A DNA stretch of 64,000 nt from Eledone cirrhosa (lineage: Eukaryota), in NCBI GenBank assembly GCA_964016885.1, contig OZ024747.1, positions 42,036,001-42,100,000 on the forward strand, read 5' to 3'. A model generated the notes under the pieces. It was not told the origin of the DNA. It worked only from the letters and a program-made list of their open reading frames with translations, and did not search any database. Made by a program: the position numbers and the translations under genes. Positions 28,311 through 40,018 of the stretch are shown piece by piece; position 1 is the first letter of the stretch, and each line of letters opens with the position of its first letter.

Positions 28311-28341
28311 CTAATAATAAAGATAATTGTAACAGCATTAA

Positions 28342-28555
28342 CTCTTAACATCCTGTAATAATTTAGCAGGAAATGAAAATATCTAAAATCAGGTCTCTTA
28401 ATTCAAATATTCACAGTACCTTTACTATTGGACAAATTGTGAAAATTTACAGTATTAGAGGAAAGACTAATATTTAATGTGATGCAACCAGAGTGCTATT
28501 TGGTATTTTTCAAAAGCATATTGTTAATGCAGTTTCATAGGGTTCAGGATGTTAG
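28342..28555. mobile_element. Second TTAA-type MITE family, eroded copy
   Basis: TTAA|CTCTTAACATCCTGTA start shared with 35478-35800 and ~42721-42775. Confidence 0.65.
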
Positions 28556-28639
28556 TCATAAAATGAAACAGCTTTTCAAGAGAAAATTAAGTTTAGGAAA
28601 TTGACATATGGCAAAAATATCAAAAATAAAATGACTTAC

Positions 28640-28714
28640 TGGTGGGCCATAAGGTGACATAGGTGGTGGTGGAGGTCTTACATGTTGAAACTCTCGCATG
28701 TAGTCACTATATGA
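28640..28714 (-). CDS. YTHDC1: YTHDC1 exon, 75 nt: SYSDYMREFQHVRPPPPPMSPYGPP
   Basis: Acceptor TTTCTATTTTCTAG, donor GTAAGT, phase 0/0; resembles vertebrate SYNDYVREFHNMGPPPP. Confidence 0.92.
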
Positions 28715-29643
28715 CTAGAAAATAGAAAGGAAAAAATACATTTTATTATGGATGAATAAAATAATAATTTACTTAATGGTTTTTAAATGGATAAGTTTCA
28801 AGTCTATTTTAGAAGAACAATTGAACCCTAGAAATGGATATACTTGATGCTAATTAAAATAAAGGATAATCTGATGAATTTACAACAACTTAAATGTGAA
28901 ATTTATAGAAATAGATAATGATAGTTAGGTTATAACATACTTAGTGAAATTAGCTATAGAAGACACAAAGGTGTTTTAGGCCAGGAAATATTAACTGTCA
29001 ATAGAATATTATATAACAGTCCTGTTACAGAGAAGTGGTATAATTAACTTAATGAGATGTAAAATTGATGATGTATGTCTGATGATATCAAGTAATTATA
29101 AATCTTTCGGTAACGAAACAAAGAATAATTTATGATATAAATCTGATTTAAAAAAAAAACAAAAAAAAAAAACGTTCAAGTAACACTATTATTCCACCCC
29201 AAAAGATATTGTTAGAAGATGGGAAAACAACTGAATGTAACCTTTGAAGAACTACTCTGAAGACTATGTAGCCAAATTTACAGAAAAAATAATAAATACC
29301 ATAAGTATAATCAATGTAACAGTGAAGTGTTACATGTGGAAATGCCAAATAGGCAAATATAACATTTGCTTATATTGGAGATGAGATGAAAAATAAAGTT
29401 ATATAGAAATGTTAGGACATTTATAATGGAAAATGATAGATACTAATATTTGTAAGAACTACAAAAAATGAGGAGAGAGAATGTCTATTTCAACTTATGA
29501 AACTATCAAAACAAAACTAGATGACTACACTGAGTAAATATTTTATAAGCTTTGACTTCCTTAACGCTAGACAGTCACAATGAACAAGTTGTAGAGGAAT
29601 TGGGAGCCACAGTATAATGTGGCCAGGTGATCTACAAGTCACA

Positions 29644-29681
<38 letters not shown>

Positions 29682-29689
29682 AGAGAGAG

Positions 29690-29724
<35 letters not shown>

Positions 29725-32569
29725 TATATATATATACACATACAAACACACACAATCAAGATACATAGTGACAATGTTACAGTAAATGAAGCGGAGTACA
29801 AATTAAATTTAATTCTAGCTAAAAAAATAAATATAAATAAATAAATGGTGGGGTTAGAAGGACAGAAAAAAAGATAAGAGAACCAAGATTTAAGCAGTGA
29901 GAAAACATTTAATAAAAGATGTTATAAATGGGAACTTGACATAGTGGCGGCTTATGTGGTTTCTAGCAGAAGGTAGAAAAATAACAAATCAAGGAGGTTA
30001 CATTAAAATTGTAGTGTTTTAACTAGAAAATATAAACTATGTTTTCATTAAATATTGATATTTTTTTAATTTTTAGAATGTTGTTTAACTTTTTTTTTTT
30101 TTGGAAAAAAAAAAAAAAAAAAATCTTTAAAAAATTCAATATAAAATATACGATGTCAAATGTTAATATAGTTAACTGTTATCACGGTGAAAAGAATGGT
30201 GTACGTACAGATGGACGGACTAATGGCCGTACCCCTGCTGCTGGATAAGTCCATGAGCTCGCCACACTGTTCCACTGCTGGGCGAGCCAAAAACAAAATC
30301 GATAATATTTAGCAATATGCCAGAGATATGGGCATAATGGGCCAGGGGTGGGAATTGTGTACAGCAGAACATGAAGAGCAGAAGAAACACTAGACAGAAG
30401 TTTTGAATGAGGAAAAATTTTAAAGGCCACACAGTAATTTTTTAAAAAGTATTTTTCTGGAATTTTTAAGTTTACAAAAGCTGTATATATATAAAAAATT
30501 AAAATGCTGGAAATTTCTATTTCTCTAAGATCAGTTCCATAAACATTTGGAGCCAAATAATTGTAATTTGACCAGCTTTACCATATGAAGCATTACATTA
30601 AAGACTGCAACATTTTAGCATTGAATTTTCTACATGCAAGTATATGGTGCATACACATGCATATACATTTAATGTACATGCATGCACATACATGCATACA
30701 CAAATTCACTTCAAAGAAACACTCCAACGCATGCATTTCAATCTTGCTCGAAATTTGCAGTCAAATCTTTTTATATATATCTTTTTCTTTCTCTCTATCC
30801 ATAAAGAACTTTCCAAACACTAATTTTAACTCTGCTGTTGAGTGTGAAAGTAATTAGAGATATTTTTATATAACTACAAAAATAATATCAACAGTCTAAA
30901 ACGACCTCTTATAAAAAAAAAAATACAACATAGAAAAGTTTCTAGAATTGTGTGTTGACGTGAACAGAAACAGAAAATATCTGTTGAGTTGAGAAATATG
31001 ATGGAGAAAGACACATACATAGTTGAGAAATAAAAAAAAAATCCAACTAATTAATACTTGTAAATAGTAATATTAATACTAATAATGATAGTGATATTGT
31101 TTTTGTCTAGGGACATTTCAAGGGGTGAGGCATACTAATTAAATTAAACATTATATTCTTATAAGTATGTATATTATTGACCAGGGAAAGAATGAAAGAA
31201 AAAGTGAAGTCAATCTTTGGAAATTTATATTGAGAACTATGAGGTATAAAACATAACTACTGTGCGTGTTATTTCTACTTCAATAATAATAGTGTGGTTG
31301 TAAATGAATAGGAGGAGATATTTGAGAGAAGTGCAAAAACCAATTCACTAACAGGTATTCAAGAGAAGTTACAGAAATGTGCATTTCTCCAGCTAATATC
31401 TTATTAAGAATTATTAGAAAAAATCAATTAACAAAAATCCAAATGAATAATAAAGATTACCAAAACTTAACTAACTGTTAAATAACTGGGCAGAGTTCGA
31501 AATATCCTAAATAAAACAAGGCTTGATTTCTTCTAATTCACTGATTCAAAAATAAAAGCTACCATCGATTCCTTCAAAAGCACTGTTAAGCCAACAAGGG
31601 AGTCTCTACATATTTGCTTAACCAGCTAGAAATAGTAGCTAAATTCCCTCAAATACACCCTATAATCTTAAAATATAGTTCATCATCATCATCATTATAT
31701 TAATGTTTGCTTTCTCTGCTAGCAAGGGTTGGACAGGTCTACATAGACCAAGTCAGTACTGAAGCAGGGATCTGTGTCTTGTTTATGTAAGGTTTCCTGA
31801 TATAGAAAAATACAGGAGGGTCACAGCTGGAGCACTTTTGATTGTGGGTCTGCCTAATCAAGGCAAACCTATGGCTTAATGTCAACAATATTCTAGCATT
31901 TGCAATAGACTTACTTAGCAAAGTATATTAATTTGATTGAGTAGCTTTAATATTCTTTATATAGACTAAGATTCTTGTGAAGTCAATTAAGAATTAGTTT
32001 AAGTAAAAAAAGTTACATATTATTAAAGCAGCTTACCTGCACAAGAACACTTAGCAAGTATCTATAATATTTTAAAGCACCAAATTCTAACTACAGAAGC
32101 TAGTTGTAAGATATAGCAAAATCAATAAACAATAAGTAAACAGATTAACATGTTTTAGAATGGTATGTTTCACAAAGACTAAGTTCACTTATTGATTTCT
32201 TTAAATATACATTGTAATAACTGGAAAAGATTTATCAGAAATTCTACAGATAATTTCAACAATGTTTCTGATGCTTCATTGAAAGTATACATCGCACAGA
32301 CATTTAAAATAATAAATAGTCTGTCATTTGACTTTATAATAATAATAATAATTGTTACTACTATTATTATTATTTGTGTCATTGGAAACTAATGAATGTT
32401 TAGTGAACTGTTCTTCCAATTAGAAAGTTAAAAAAATATAATATAGGATAATAAAGAAATTTGCAAATAATATATGTTACATTAACAAACTGATTAATTT
32501 AGCTATCTGTTTTTGTATCTTTAATAACTTGGAGATATTTTAATAAAATAAGAATCAAAGTAAACTTAC

Positions 32570-32615
32570 TCCATTTAAGAATGTTTCTCGGCGAACTCCG
32601 CCATAACGAGGTGGC
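32570..32615 (-). CDS. YTHDC1: YTHDC1 exon, 46 nt: (R)PPRYGGVRRETFLNG
   Basis: Acceptor TTGTATTTGTAG, donor GTAAGT, phase 2/0; resembles vertebrate RFSGVRRDVFLNG. Confidence 0.92.
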
Positions 32616-32860
32616 CTACAAATACAAAAAACAACACATACATCATGTAACTAGATGACATCATTAGAATTTAATAATATACTTTATGAATGTGATATGA
32701 TGTTGAATTACCATATATACTAGAATACAGGCTGAGGAATATCAGACCCAAAAAACTGATGTGTTGATTAGCTGCCTCGGCTTATAAAGGAAGTTTCAAT
32801 TTTTGCCCATTTCTAAGACATAAAATGAAGGGGGAACTTATAGTCAAGTATATATATGGA

Positions 32861-33190
32861 AGCACATGGCTTAGTGGTTAGAGCATTGGCCTTGCAATCG
32901 AAAGGTTGTGAGTTCAATTCTCAGACCGGGTGATGTGTTGTTTCCTTGAGCAAGACACTTTATTTCACATTTACTCAGCTGTAGAAATGAGATGAGAGGG
33001 ACTGCGGTCCCTATCATTCCACTGCAAAGTGGTCGTGGAGGTGCCACAGCAAAAAAGCACCCAGCACTCACTGTAAATGAGGTTGGTGTTAGGAAGGGCA
33101 TCCAGCTGTAGAAATCAAGCCTGAATCAGTTCCTGTCCCACCCTTCCAAGCAGGGAAAAAGCGGACGTAAAAAAATGAAATGAAAAAATG
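32861..33190 (+). mobile_element. SINE family A, full copy (intronic)
   Basis: Essentially identical to 16233-16563 (the ORF track gives an identical 76-aa antisense translation); (ATGAA)n tail. Confidence 0.9.
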
Positions 33191-33554
33191 AATATGGTAA
33201 TACTGTTAAAAAATATATGTAGCTTTGGAATGTGAAATGTGTTGGAAATCGGATGGTTCTGACAAATGTTCTGGTTGTTTGATGAACAGAACAGCCTGCA
33301 TATGAAATTAATGAGAAAATGGCTGAACATTCCAGAGATATGTGTTCTAAAGTAACTCTCAGTGTGTAATTGAATTACTGGTACAACTCATTTTTGCCAG
33401 CCGAGTAGACTGGAGCAATATGAAATATAGTTTTTTGCTGTAACTATACAGCTAATATAATGAATTTAAGTTGCACAAAAAGTTACAAAGAAAATATTTC
33501 TTTACTACATAGATTGTAATTAAGTGTAAAATATTTTCAAAGCAATATACTTAC

Positions 33555-33591
33555 CTATCAGGCCGTCTTTCCTTGTAATACGCATCTAAAT
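33555..33591 (-). CDS. YTHDC1: YTHDC1 micro-exon, 37 nt: (N)LDAYYKERRPD(R)
   Basis: Acceptor CTTCCTTTTCCAG, donor AG|GTAAGT; phase 1/2 exactly bridges the flanking exons. Confidence 0.85.
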
Positions 33592-34495
33592 CTGGAAAAG
33601 GAAGTTATAGAATATTCTCATTATCTCCAACAGAATAGGTAAAAAAAAATTGAATTGAAAACGTTTAAAGGTAAGATATGTTGTTATAGAGTTGAGAGGA
33701 TTCTTCAGTTGTGTCATGAGCATGTCAACCTCTCTAGTGTTGGTGACCTACATGACAAATGTACTCAGTACATTCTGTAGTGTAGTTGGTGATATGAAGG
33801 CATCCGATTGTAGAAAACCTGCCTAAGAAAAGGTTTTGAGGACTCTTCAGCTGTGTTGAAGACAAGACAACCTCCCTAGTGCTGGTACCATGATAAAATG
33901 TATCCAGAGCACTCGGTAGAGTGTGAGAATGTATGTAAGCAAGAAGCAGGCTCCCAGCCTATCTGAGAGGTCAGTAGCTCTGAGTAAAAACTAACTAGGT
34001 CTGTGAAAACCTGTCCAACCCTTGCTAGCAGGGAAGTCATATGTTAAATGATGATGAACAATCTAAATCTTTAATCACACATGTATTATTGACAGATTAA
34101 CTAACTGATAATGAAATCATTGTGTACAGTGCTTAAGCAACTAAAGGATTACAGTTTTAAACACCCAAACGTTTTGTTTTAAAAAGAGAGGGGGGTACAT
34201 TTGATAATATAGTCATAAATCATGGAAAGTATGGTTTGGTCATAACTAGAACGCTTTTCATGAAAAGACTGCTCAGCCAGGGCTGACTTGAGTTTCAACA
34301 ACAACTAAATAAATTTTGCCATCACCAAGAATGAGCAATCTTTCTAAATTAAGAAAATATATAAATATATCCACTCCATAAAAAACAAAAAAAAAACAAA
34401 CAATATATATCATTTATGTCTTATTGCCCATAAATATTTCTAGAAACAATTGTAAATCATCTTAACAACCTTCAGACTTCTATAATATTCCTTAA

Positions 34496-34671
34496 CCCTT
34501 TTGTTACCAACCTGGCCGAAACCTATGAAATAAAACCATCCAACAATTTTATATAAGAACCTTACATTAGGTTACTATCTTTGTCATGAATTAGTTTAGT
34601 AAATCTTTCAAAATTATTCATTAATTAAATGAAATAGAGTGCATATCATTAGAGATATGGCCATGAAAGGG
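34496..34671. mobile_element. Third TTAA-type MITE
   Basis: TTAA|CCCTTT...AAAGGG|TTAA; related partial copy near 18050-18212. Confidence 0.6.
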
Positions 34672-35196
34672 TTAAAACCAAATATAAAAAAATAAAGCAA
34701 AAAGGTAAAAAAAAAATCTACCAAAAATTTCCACTAAACAGGTCTTTGATATAGTAGATTCCTTATAACAAATATAAAGTCCTGTTTTTATTGAAAAAAT
34801 GCCATTTTAATTAAAGTTTGTTAAAATACAAATTTGATATTTTTCTTTATTTAATCTTTTGTAAAGAAATTTGGAACTAAAAATCAATTAGCATAAGATT
34901 TATAAAATATGTAAAGACAAACACCTCTAACATCAATAAGACTAATGATTTTAACACTGGCACAAGACCAGCAATTTGGGGGAAGGGAAAAGTTGATCCA
35001 AGTACTATATTAGTACTTTATTTGATTGAATCCAGAAGGATGAAAGGAAAAGTTGACCATGGCAAAATAAACAAGACTAGTAATAGGTAGTTGTAACAGT
35101 AGTAAACAAGAAGACACTTCAAAATCAAAATTAAATCTAACAAGTCTGGTTTTATAGAAACTGAACCACATATTAACATTTCTCACAACTACTTAC

Positions 35197-35270
35197 TGTT
35201 CCTATTGTCATAGTCCATACGAGATCTCTTTACTCTTGGTGCTTCAAACTCTTCTCTGTGTCTTCTACGT
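35197..35270 (-). CDS. YTHDC1: YTHDC1 exon, 74 nt: RRRHREEFEAPRVKRSRMDYDNRN
   Basis: Acceptor CTTTCATTATTACAG, donor GTAAGT, phase 2/1; comparable with vertebrate RRRPEDY...RKKPRIDY. Confidence 0.85.
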
Positions 35271-35477
35271 CTGTAATAATGAAAGAGAAGATAGAGAAAG
35301 GAAGAAAATGTGTACAATAACTGTAGCATGCAGTATTTGGCAAATAGACGTTTGAGGAAGATGGGAGGGTACAAAAACAATAGATATAATCTTCAAGACA
35401 AAATGCAAAAAAGAGCACCAAACATAAACAATATTTCAACTGGCATCAGAACAGAATTCCAAAGTCCTACAGATTAA

Positions 35478-35800
35478 CTCTTAACATCCTGTAATGATTT
35501 AGCAGAAAATATCTAAAAACCAGGTTTGTTAATTTAGATGTTTATAGTAACTTTATTAGTGGACAGATCGCTGTGAAAATTTTCAGTATTAATATGATGC
35601 AGTTATACTGTCGTTTTGTACTTTTCAGGAATGTATTGCTAATGTGGTTTCATGTGGTTTGTTAATTCAAATGTTTATAGTATAGAAAGGTCACTGTGAA
35701 AATGTTCAATATTAGAGTAAAGATTAATATTTAATGTGATGCAGTCACATTTCAAGAATATTTTGCTAATGTGATTTCATGTGGTACAGGACATTAAGAG
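35478..35800. mobile_element. TTAA-type MITE (second family), both ends present
   Basis: TTAA|CTCTTAACATCCTGTA...TACAGGACATTAAGAG|TTAA, with an internal duplication. Confidence 0.75.
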
Positions 35801-36917
35801 TTAAAATATAATTGTTTCAATAACTATTTCAGTCAATCTGTTGAGTTATATTTCTGGCATTTACAAAACAGTCTTAAAATTATGTGATTATAGACATGTG
35901 AAATAACAATTAGAAATTAAATATTTTTTTGAATTAATTAAAATCTTAATGAGAATTTTTTTAAGCAAAACTAAATACATGTAATGTTTCACAGTAATTT
36001 AATTGAAAAAGTTACAAAAGAAAAAAATAAATCCAGCTTACCACACTAAGAACAATCAGTTATTTTAAAGTTCTAAAATAACATATACTGTAACACAAAA
36101 TTCTGACACAAAAATAATAATGGAGGTTTTGTGTTCCTAATTATATGTTAGTAATAATATCTCGGTATAATTACATCAGTGTAATTATACCACAGTAATA
36201 ATTGTTTCTACTTTGGCAACAAGGCCACCAGTGCATTATTTTATCGACCCCTCGTAAGGATGAAAGGCAAAGTTAACCTCAGCAAGATTTGAACACAGTA
36301 ACAACACCACAGTAATAGTATCTCAGTATAATTACATAAGAAATTATATATACTCCAGTAATAATACCTCAGTAATAACATGTTAATATAATTACATAAA
36401 ACATTATATACTTTCAGGTCTCAAATACCCCCACCCCCATTAAATTTTGCTAATCTATCTCCAGTGAAATTTATTTGAATCCTTTAGCATTTAAACCGGC
36501 CGTATCTGGCCAGAATTCTCTCACCTCTTTGTTAAAACCGACCACTTATACTGATGTTAAGGTATTGTTCTCAAAATAAATAACATCAAAAACTCATAAA
36601 TTCAATATTAAGTGAGATAAATTATGTAAGCTAACCCTTTAGCATATACATTGCTATTGTATTTTTGTGATAAAGGCTTTAAGTGGCAGCATTCCTGCAA
36701 CAATTTCCTTTAGATATCAAAAAACATTATACATGACCAAAAGAGTATATTACTAGATCTCATATGTTATAAAATAAATAGGATAGGTTGATCTCAATAT
36801 GTAAATTAAATTACTAATTCTTGTAAAAAAAATCAAAAAAAAAAAAAAAAAAATCGATGGAGACAACCTAGAAAAATTAGCAATTCCACCCCTATTATTT
36901 GGGAGCCGAGAATACGT

Positions 36918-37090
36918 AAGTAATTATACCTCAGTAATAACACCTCAATAATTATAGCTCAGTAATAACACCAAGTAATTATAGCTCAGTAATAACACCG
37001 AGTAATTGTAGCTCAGTAATAACACCTCAGTAATTGTACCTCAGTAATTGTAGCTCAGTAATTATAGCTCAGTAATAACACCTCAGTATT
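36918..37090. repeat. Degenerate 14-bp tandem repeat (CTCAGTAATTATAG / CTCAGTAATAACAC)
   Basis: Direct inspection; related units at 36150-36390. Confidence 0.75.
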
Positions 37091-37506
37091 TTAATCATAG
37101 TACACATTTCGTGTTATTGTTGGAAGGTGAAAATAAATAAATTGCAAATATTAAAGAGTTGTTAGCAAACAGCTATATTTTATATTTATATTTATATAAA
37201 ACTAGCAGTAAAGCCCGGCATTGCTCGGGGTCGCTCAGTAGCTGTGTTAAAGTTACAATGTTAAGTTTCTTTCTTGGCTTAAAAACTGTAGTGTCTACTG
37301 TGCAGACTTGCATGTGGTGTTTTTGATTAATATTCCCTCAACCAACAATATGCCTTATGAAGTTAAGAAAACATAACGATAACCCGAATGTTATAACAAA
37401 AGAGGATGCTGGGGATAGAAACTGCACTGGTTATTTATTAACAAAGATCGAAAATGTAAACACTGCAACGCAGAGAAAAACATTAGCGTAACCAAATTAT
37501 CAGTTA

Positions 37507-37671
37507 TGTCTGTCTGCACGCCTATATCACCTCTCTGCACGACTGTCTGTCTGCACGCCTATATCACCTCTCTGCACGACTGTCTGTCTGCACGCCTATA
37601 TCACCTCTCTGCACGACTGTCTGTCTGCACGCGTATATCACCTCTCTGCACGACTGTCTGTCTGCACGCCT
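37507..37671. repeat. 37-bp tandem repeat (~4.4 units) inside the Helitron
   Basis: TGTCTGTCTGCACGCCTATATCACCTCTCTGCACGAC. Confidence 0.9.
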
Positions 37672-38000
37672 AACGACGAAATATTTGCTTGTTTTACGTA
37701 GTCTTTAAATAGACTTGTTTTCAAGTAAAAATATTGTTTTAAAATGCTTTTAAATGGAAATGAAGCAAAACGGAAGCTTAGTGTTCGAACTGATGAATTT
37801 TGCAGGTCAATATTTTGCTGGCTCGACAACTGTTAAAGCCAGCGTAATTTTTTACGTAAGACGCTCAATGTAAACAGAACAAAGGGAAATAACTGATAAC
37901 TTACGCTCAAAAATCGATACATTATATTCGATTTCGTCACATAGGGTGGGTCAATTTGAAATATTTTTTTTCCGATGTCTTCGCTAGGGCTCAATGTACA

Positions 38001-38287
38001 TTCATTTTATTCATTTTACATCCGCTTTTTCCCTGCTTGCAAGGGTGGGACGGGAACTGATTCTGGCTTGATTTCTACAGCTGGATGCCCTTCCTAACAC
38101 CAACCTCATTTACAGTGAGTGCTGGGTGCTTTTTTGCCGTGGCACCTCCACGACCACTTTGCAGTGGAATGATAGGGATCCCAGTCCCTATCATCTCATT
38201 TCTACAGCTGAGTAAACTGGAGCAATGTGAAATAAAGTGTCTTGCTCAAGGAAACAACACATCACCCGGTCTGAGAATTGAACTCAA
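38001..38287 (-). mobile_element. SINE family A, 5'-truncated, nested in the Helitron
   Basis: Reverse complement of ~32910-33190, truncated at the B box; GTACA occurs on both sides. Confidence 0.85.
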
Positions 38288-38449
38288 GTATAAGTACAAG
38301 TATAGCAATTTCGGTGCAATTCCGTGAGAGATTCTAAGAGGAGATGTGTGCCAAAAATCGATAGACAGACAGACAACCACAGTTTTATATATATAGATAA
38401 CTTAGAACAAATGAAACAACTTAGGTAATTATATAGCTGAATAAATTCT

Positions 38450-38630
38450 TTCTAGCATAGGCACAAGGTCAGCAATTTTCAGAAAGGAAAAACCGTTTTT
38501 ATTGATCCCAGTACATAACTGGTACTTTATTTTATTGACCCCAGGAAAGAAGGTAAAGTTGACCTTGGTGGGATTTGAACTCTGGGTGACAACTAAACAT
38601 TCTGACACCGACTGTCAATCCACTGCCCTA
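38450..38630 (-). mobile_element. SINE family B copy
   Basis: Reverse complement of the head and core (GGATTTGAACTC...AATCCACTGCC). Confidence 0.75.
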
Positions 38631-38869
38631 TAATATATATCTTAATAATAATAGTTTTCTAACAATGGTAACACTTTGGGGGGGGGGGGGGGGGGGGCAT
38701 GATCAAAGAGATAGACTCAAGCCGAGTTAGGTACATAACTAAATACCACAAGGCATTCTGTCCAATTGTTTAACAAAGTGTAAAAGTCCAGTGTTAGTTC
38801 ATCTGTCACTTTTGCAGCAATAAACAGATGGGAAATAATTCTCACTTGCGAGAGAAAGCATATTTCTTC

Positions 38870-39270
38870 TTCTTCGGCTACTTATTCCTCGACGTGGGGA
38901 CAGAGTCCTCAAACACTCATTTAGAACAGGTCCTGTCAGAAGCAACTGTCTCCAACTGATCTGGCTGAATTCACAAATGAGACCAGCCAAGCTCATGGAT
39001 GTTATCCAACCATCTTGCTTGGGATCTACCCCTGGGTCACCTGCCAGTTGGTTTTGCACATAAAATCTGTCCATTGATTCTTTCCTAAGACATTCTAACT
39101 ACATGCCCATAGTATTGGAGCTGTGATCTCTCAATTCGGAGAAGTAGCGGCTCTACCTCAAGTGACTCTCCAAGTTACACGCTCTATTAAGTAACCTTAC
39201 TCCTAAGACCATTTGGAGGAACCCCATTTCAGTCGCTTGTATTCGCGATCGTATTCTCTCGGTCATTTTC
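38870..39270 (-). mobile_element. Old RTE 3' fragment with (GAA)n tail
   Basis: Minus strand RSRIQATEMGFLQMVLGVRLL; homologous to 16770-17125. Confidence 0.65.
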
Positions 39271-39831
39271 TTTCTTTTGCCGGCATATTCGTTACAGCTA
39301 AATTTTACAGAAAAGCTTTGGATCTATCATATTCAAGACAAACATATTTACTCAACCATGTCACCTAGAGTAGTAGTAATAACAGCAGCAGCAGCCACTG
39401 AGAATTTAAGCTAGTGTTTTGGTCAGGAGTCAGTAATATGAAGCAAATGGGAAATATGTTTCCTTGGCTAGGATGCCTGTCTATTATAGATAATAGATTT
39501 GATACATAAACCCAACATTTAAGAGTAACCAAGGGGTGTAGAATAAAGTATATTAAATAGAGACACCAAAATGTTTGTATCAGATATGAATTTATAACCC
39601 CAAACTGGCAGTCAAAATGTTATCAACAAAACTGGTATTTTATTAAGACATGAAACTATAGGTTTTAAAAGGAAACTTAAGATTAATAGAGCTTTTCTCA
39701 TTTCATCAACTATACACTCCATGGCGTCTTAAAGATTAATTACAATTATGAATAACTGAAATTATGTCAAGAAATCCAATTAAGCTGGCTGGCATCTATC
39801 ACTCACAATGTCTTCATATTGTCACATTTAA

Positions 39832-40018
39832 CTCTTTAGCATTTAAACTGGCCATATCCGGCCTCATCTTTCTGTTCAAACTGGCTGTTCATACTTATAT
39901 TAAGGTATTGTTCTCAAAATAAATAACCTCATAATCTCGTAGATTTGATATTATGTGAAATAAAGTGTTTACCATGAAAATACAATAGTAAATATAGAAT
40001 AATGTAAATGCTAAAGGG
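39832..40018. mobile_element. TTAA-type MITE (same family as 27426-27632)
   Basis: TTAA|CTCTTTAGCATT...AATGCTAAAGGG|TTAA. Confidence 0.85.

Larger units (their letters stand above)
37202..38397 (-). mobile_element. Non-autonomous Helitron
   Basis: Minus strand begins A|TCTATATATATAAAA followed by (GTCT)n. It ends with hairpin CCCGAGC-AAT-GCCGGG, then CTAG|T. No TSD, inserted between A and T. Confidence 0.8.

Noticed and set aside
30182-30556. 124-aa minus-strand ORF as a protein-coding exon
   Set aside because: Its frame does not match the phase-0 junction at the plausible acceptor, and its N-terminal half is AT-rich intron; treated instead as a candidate poison exon.
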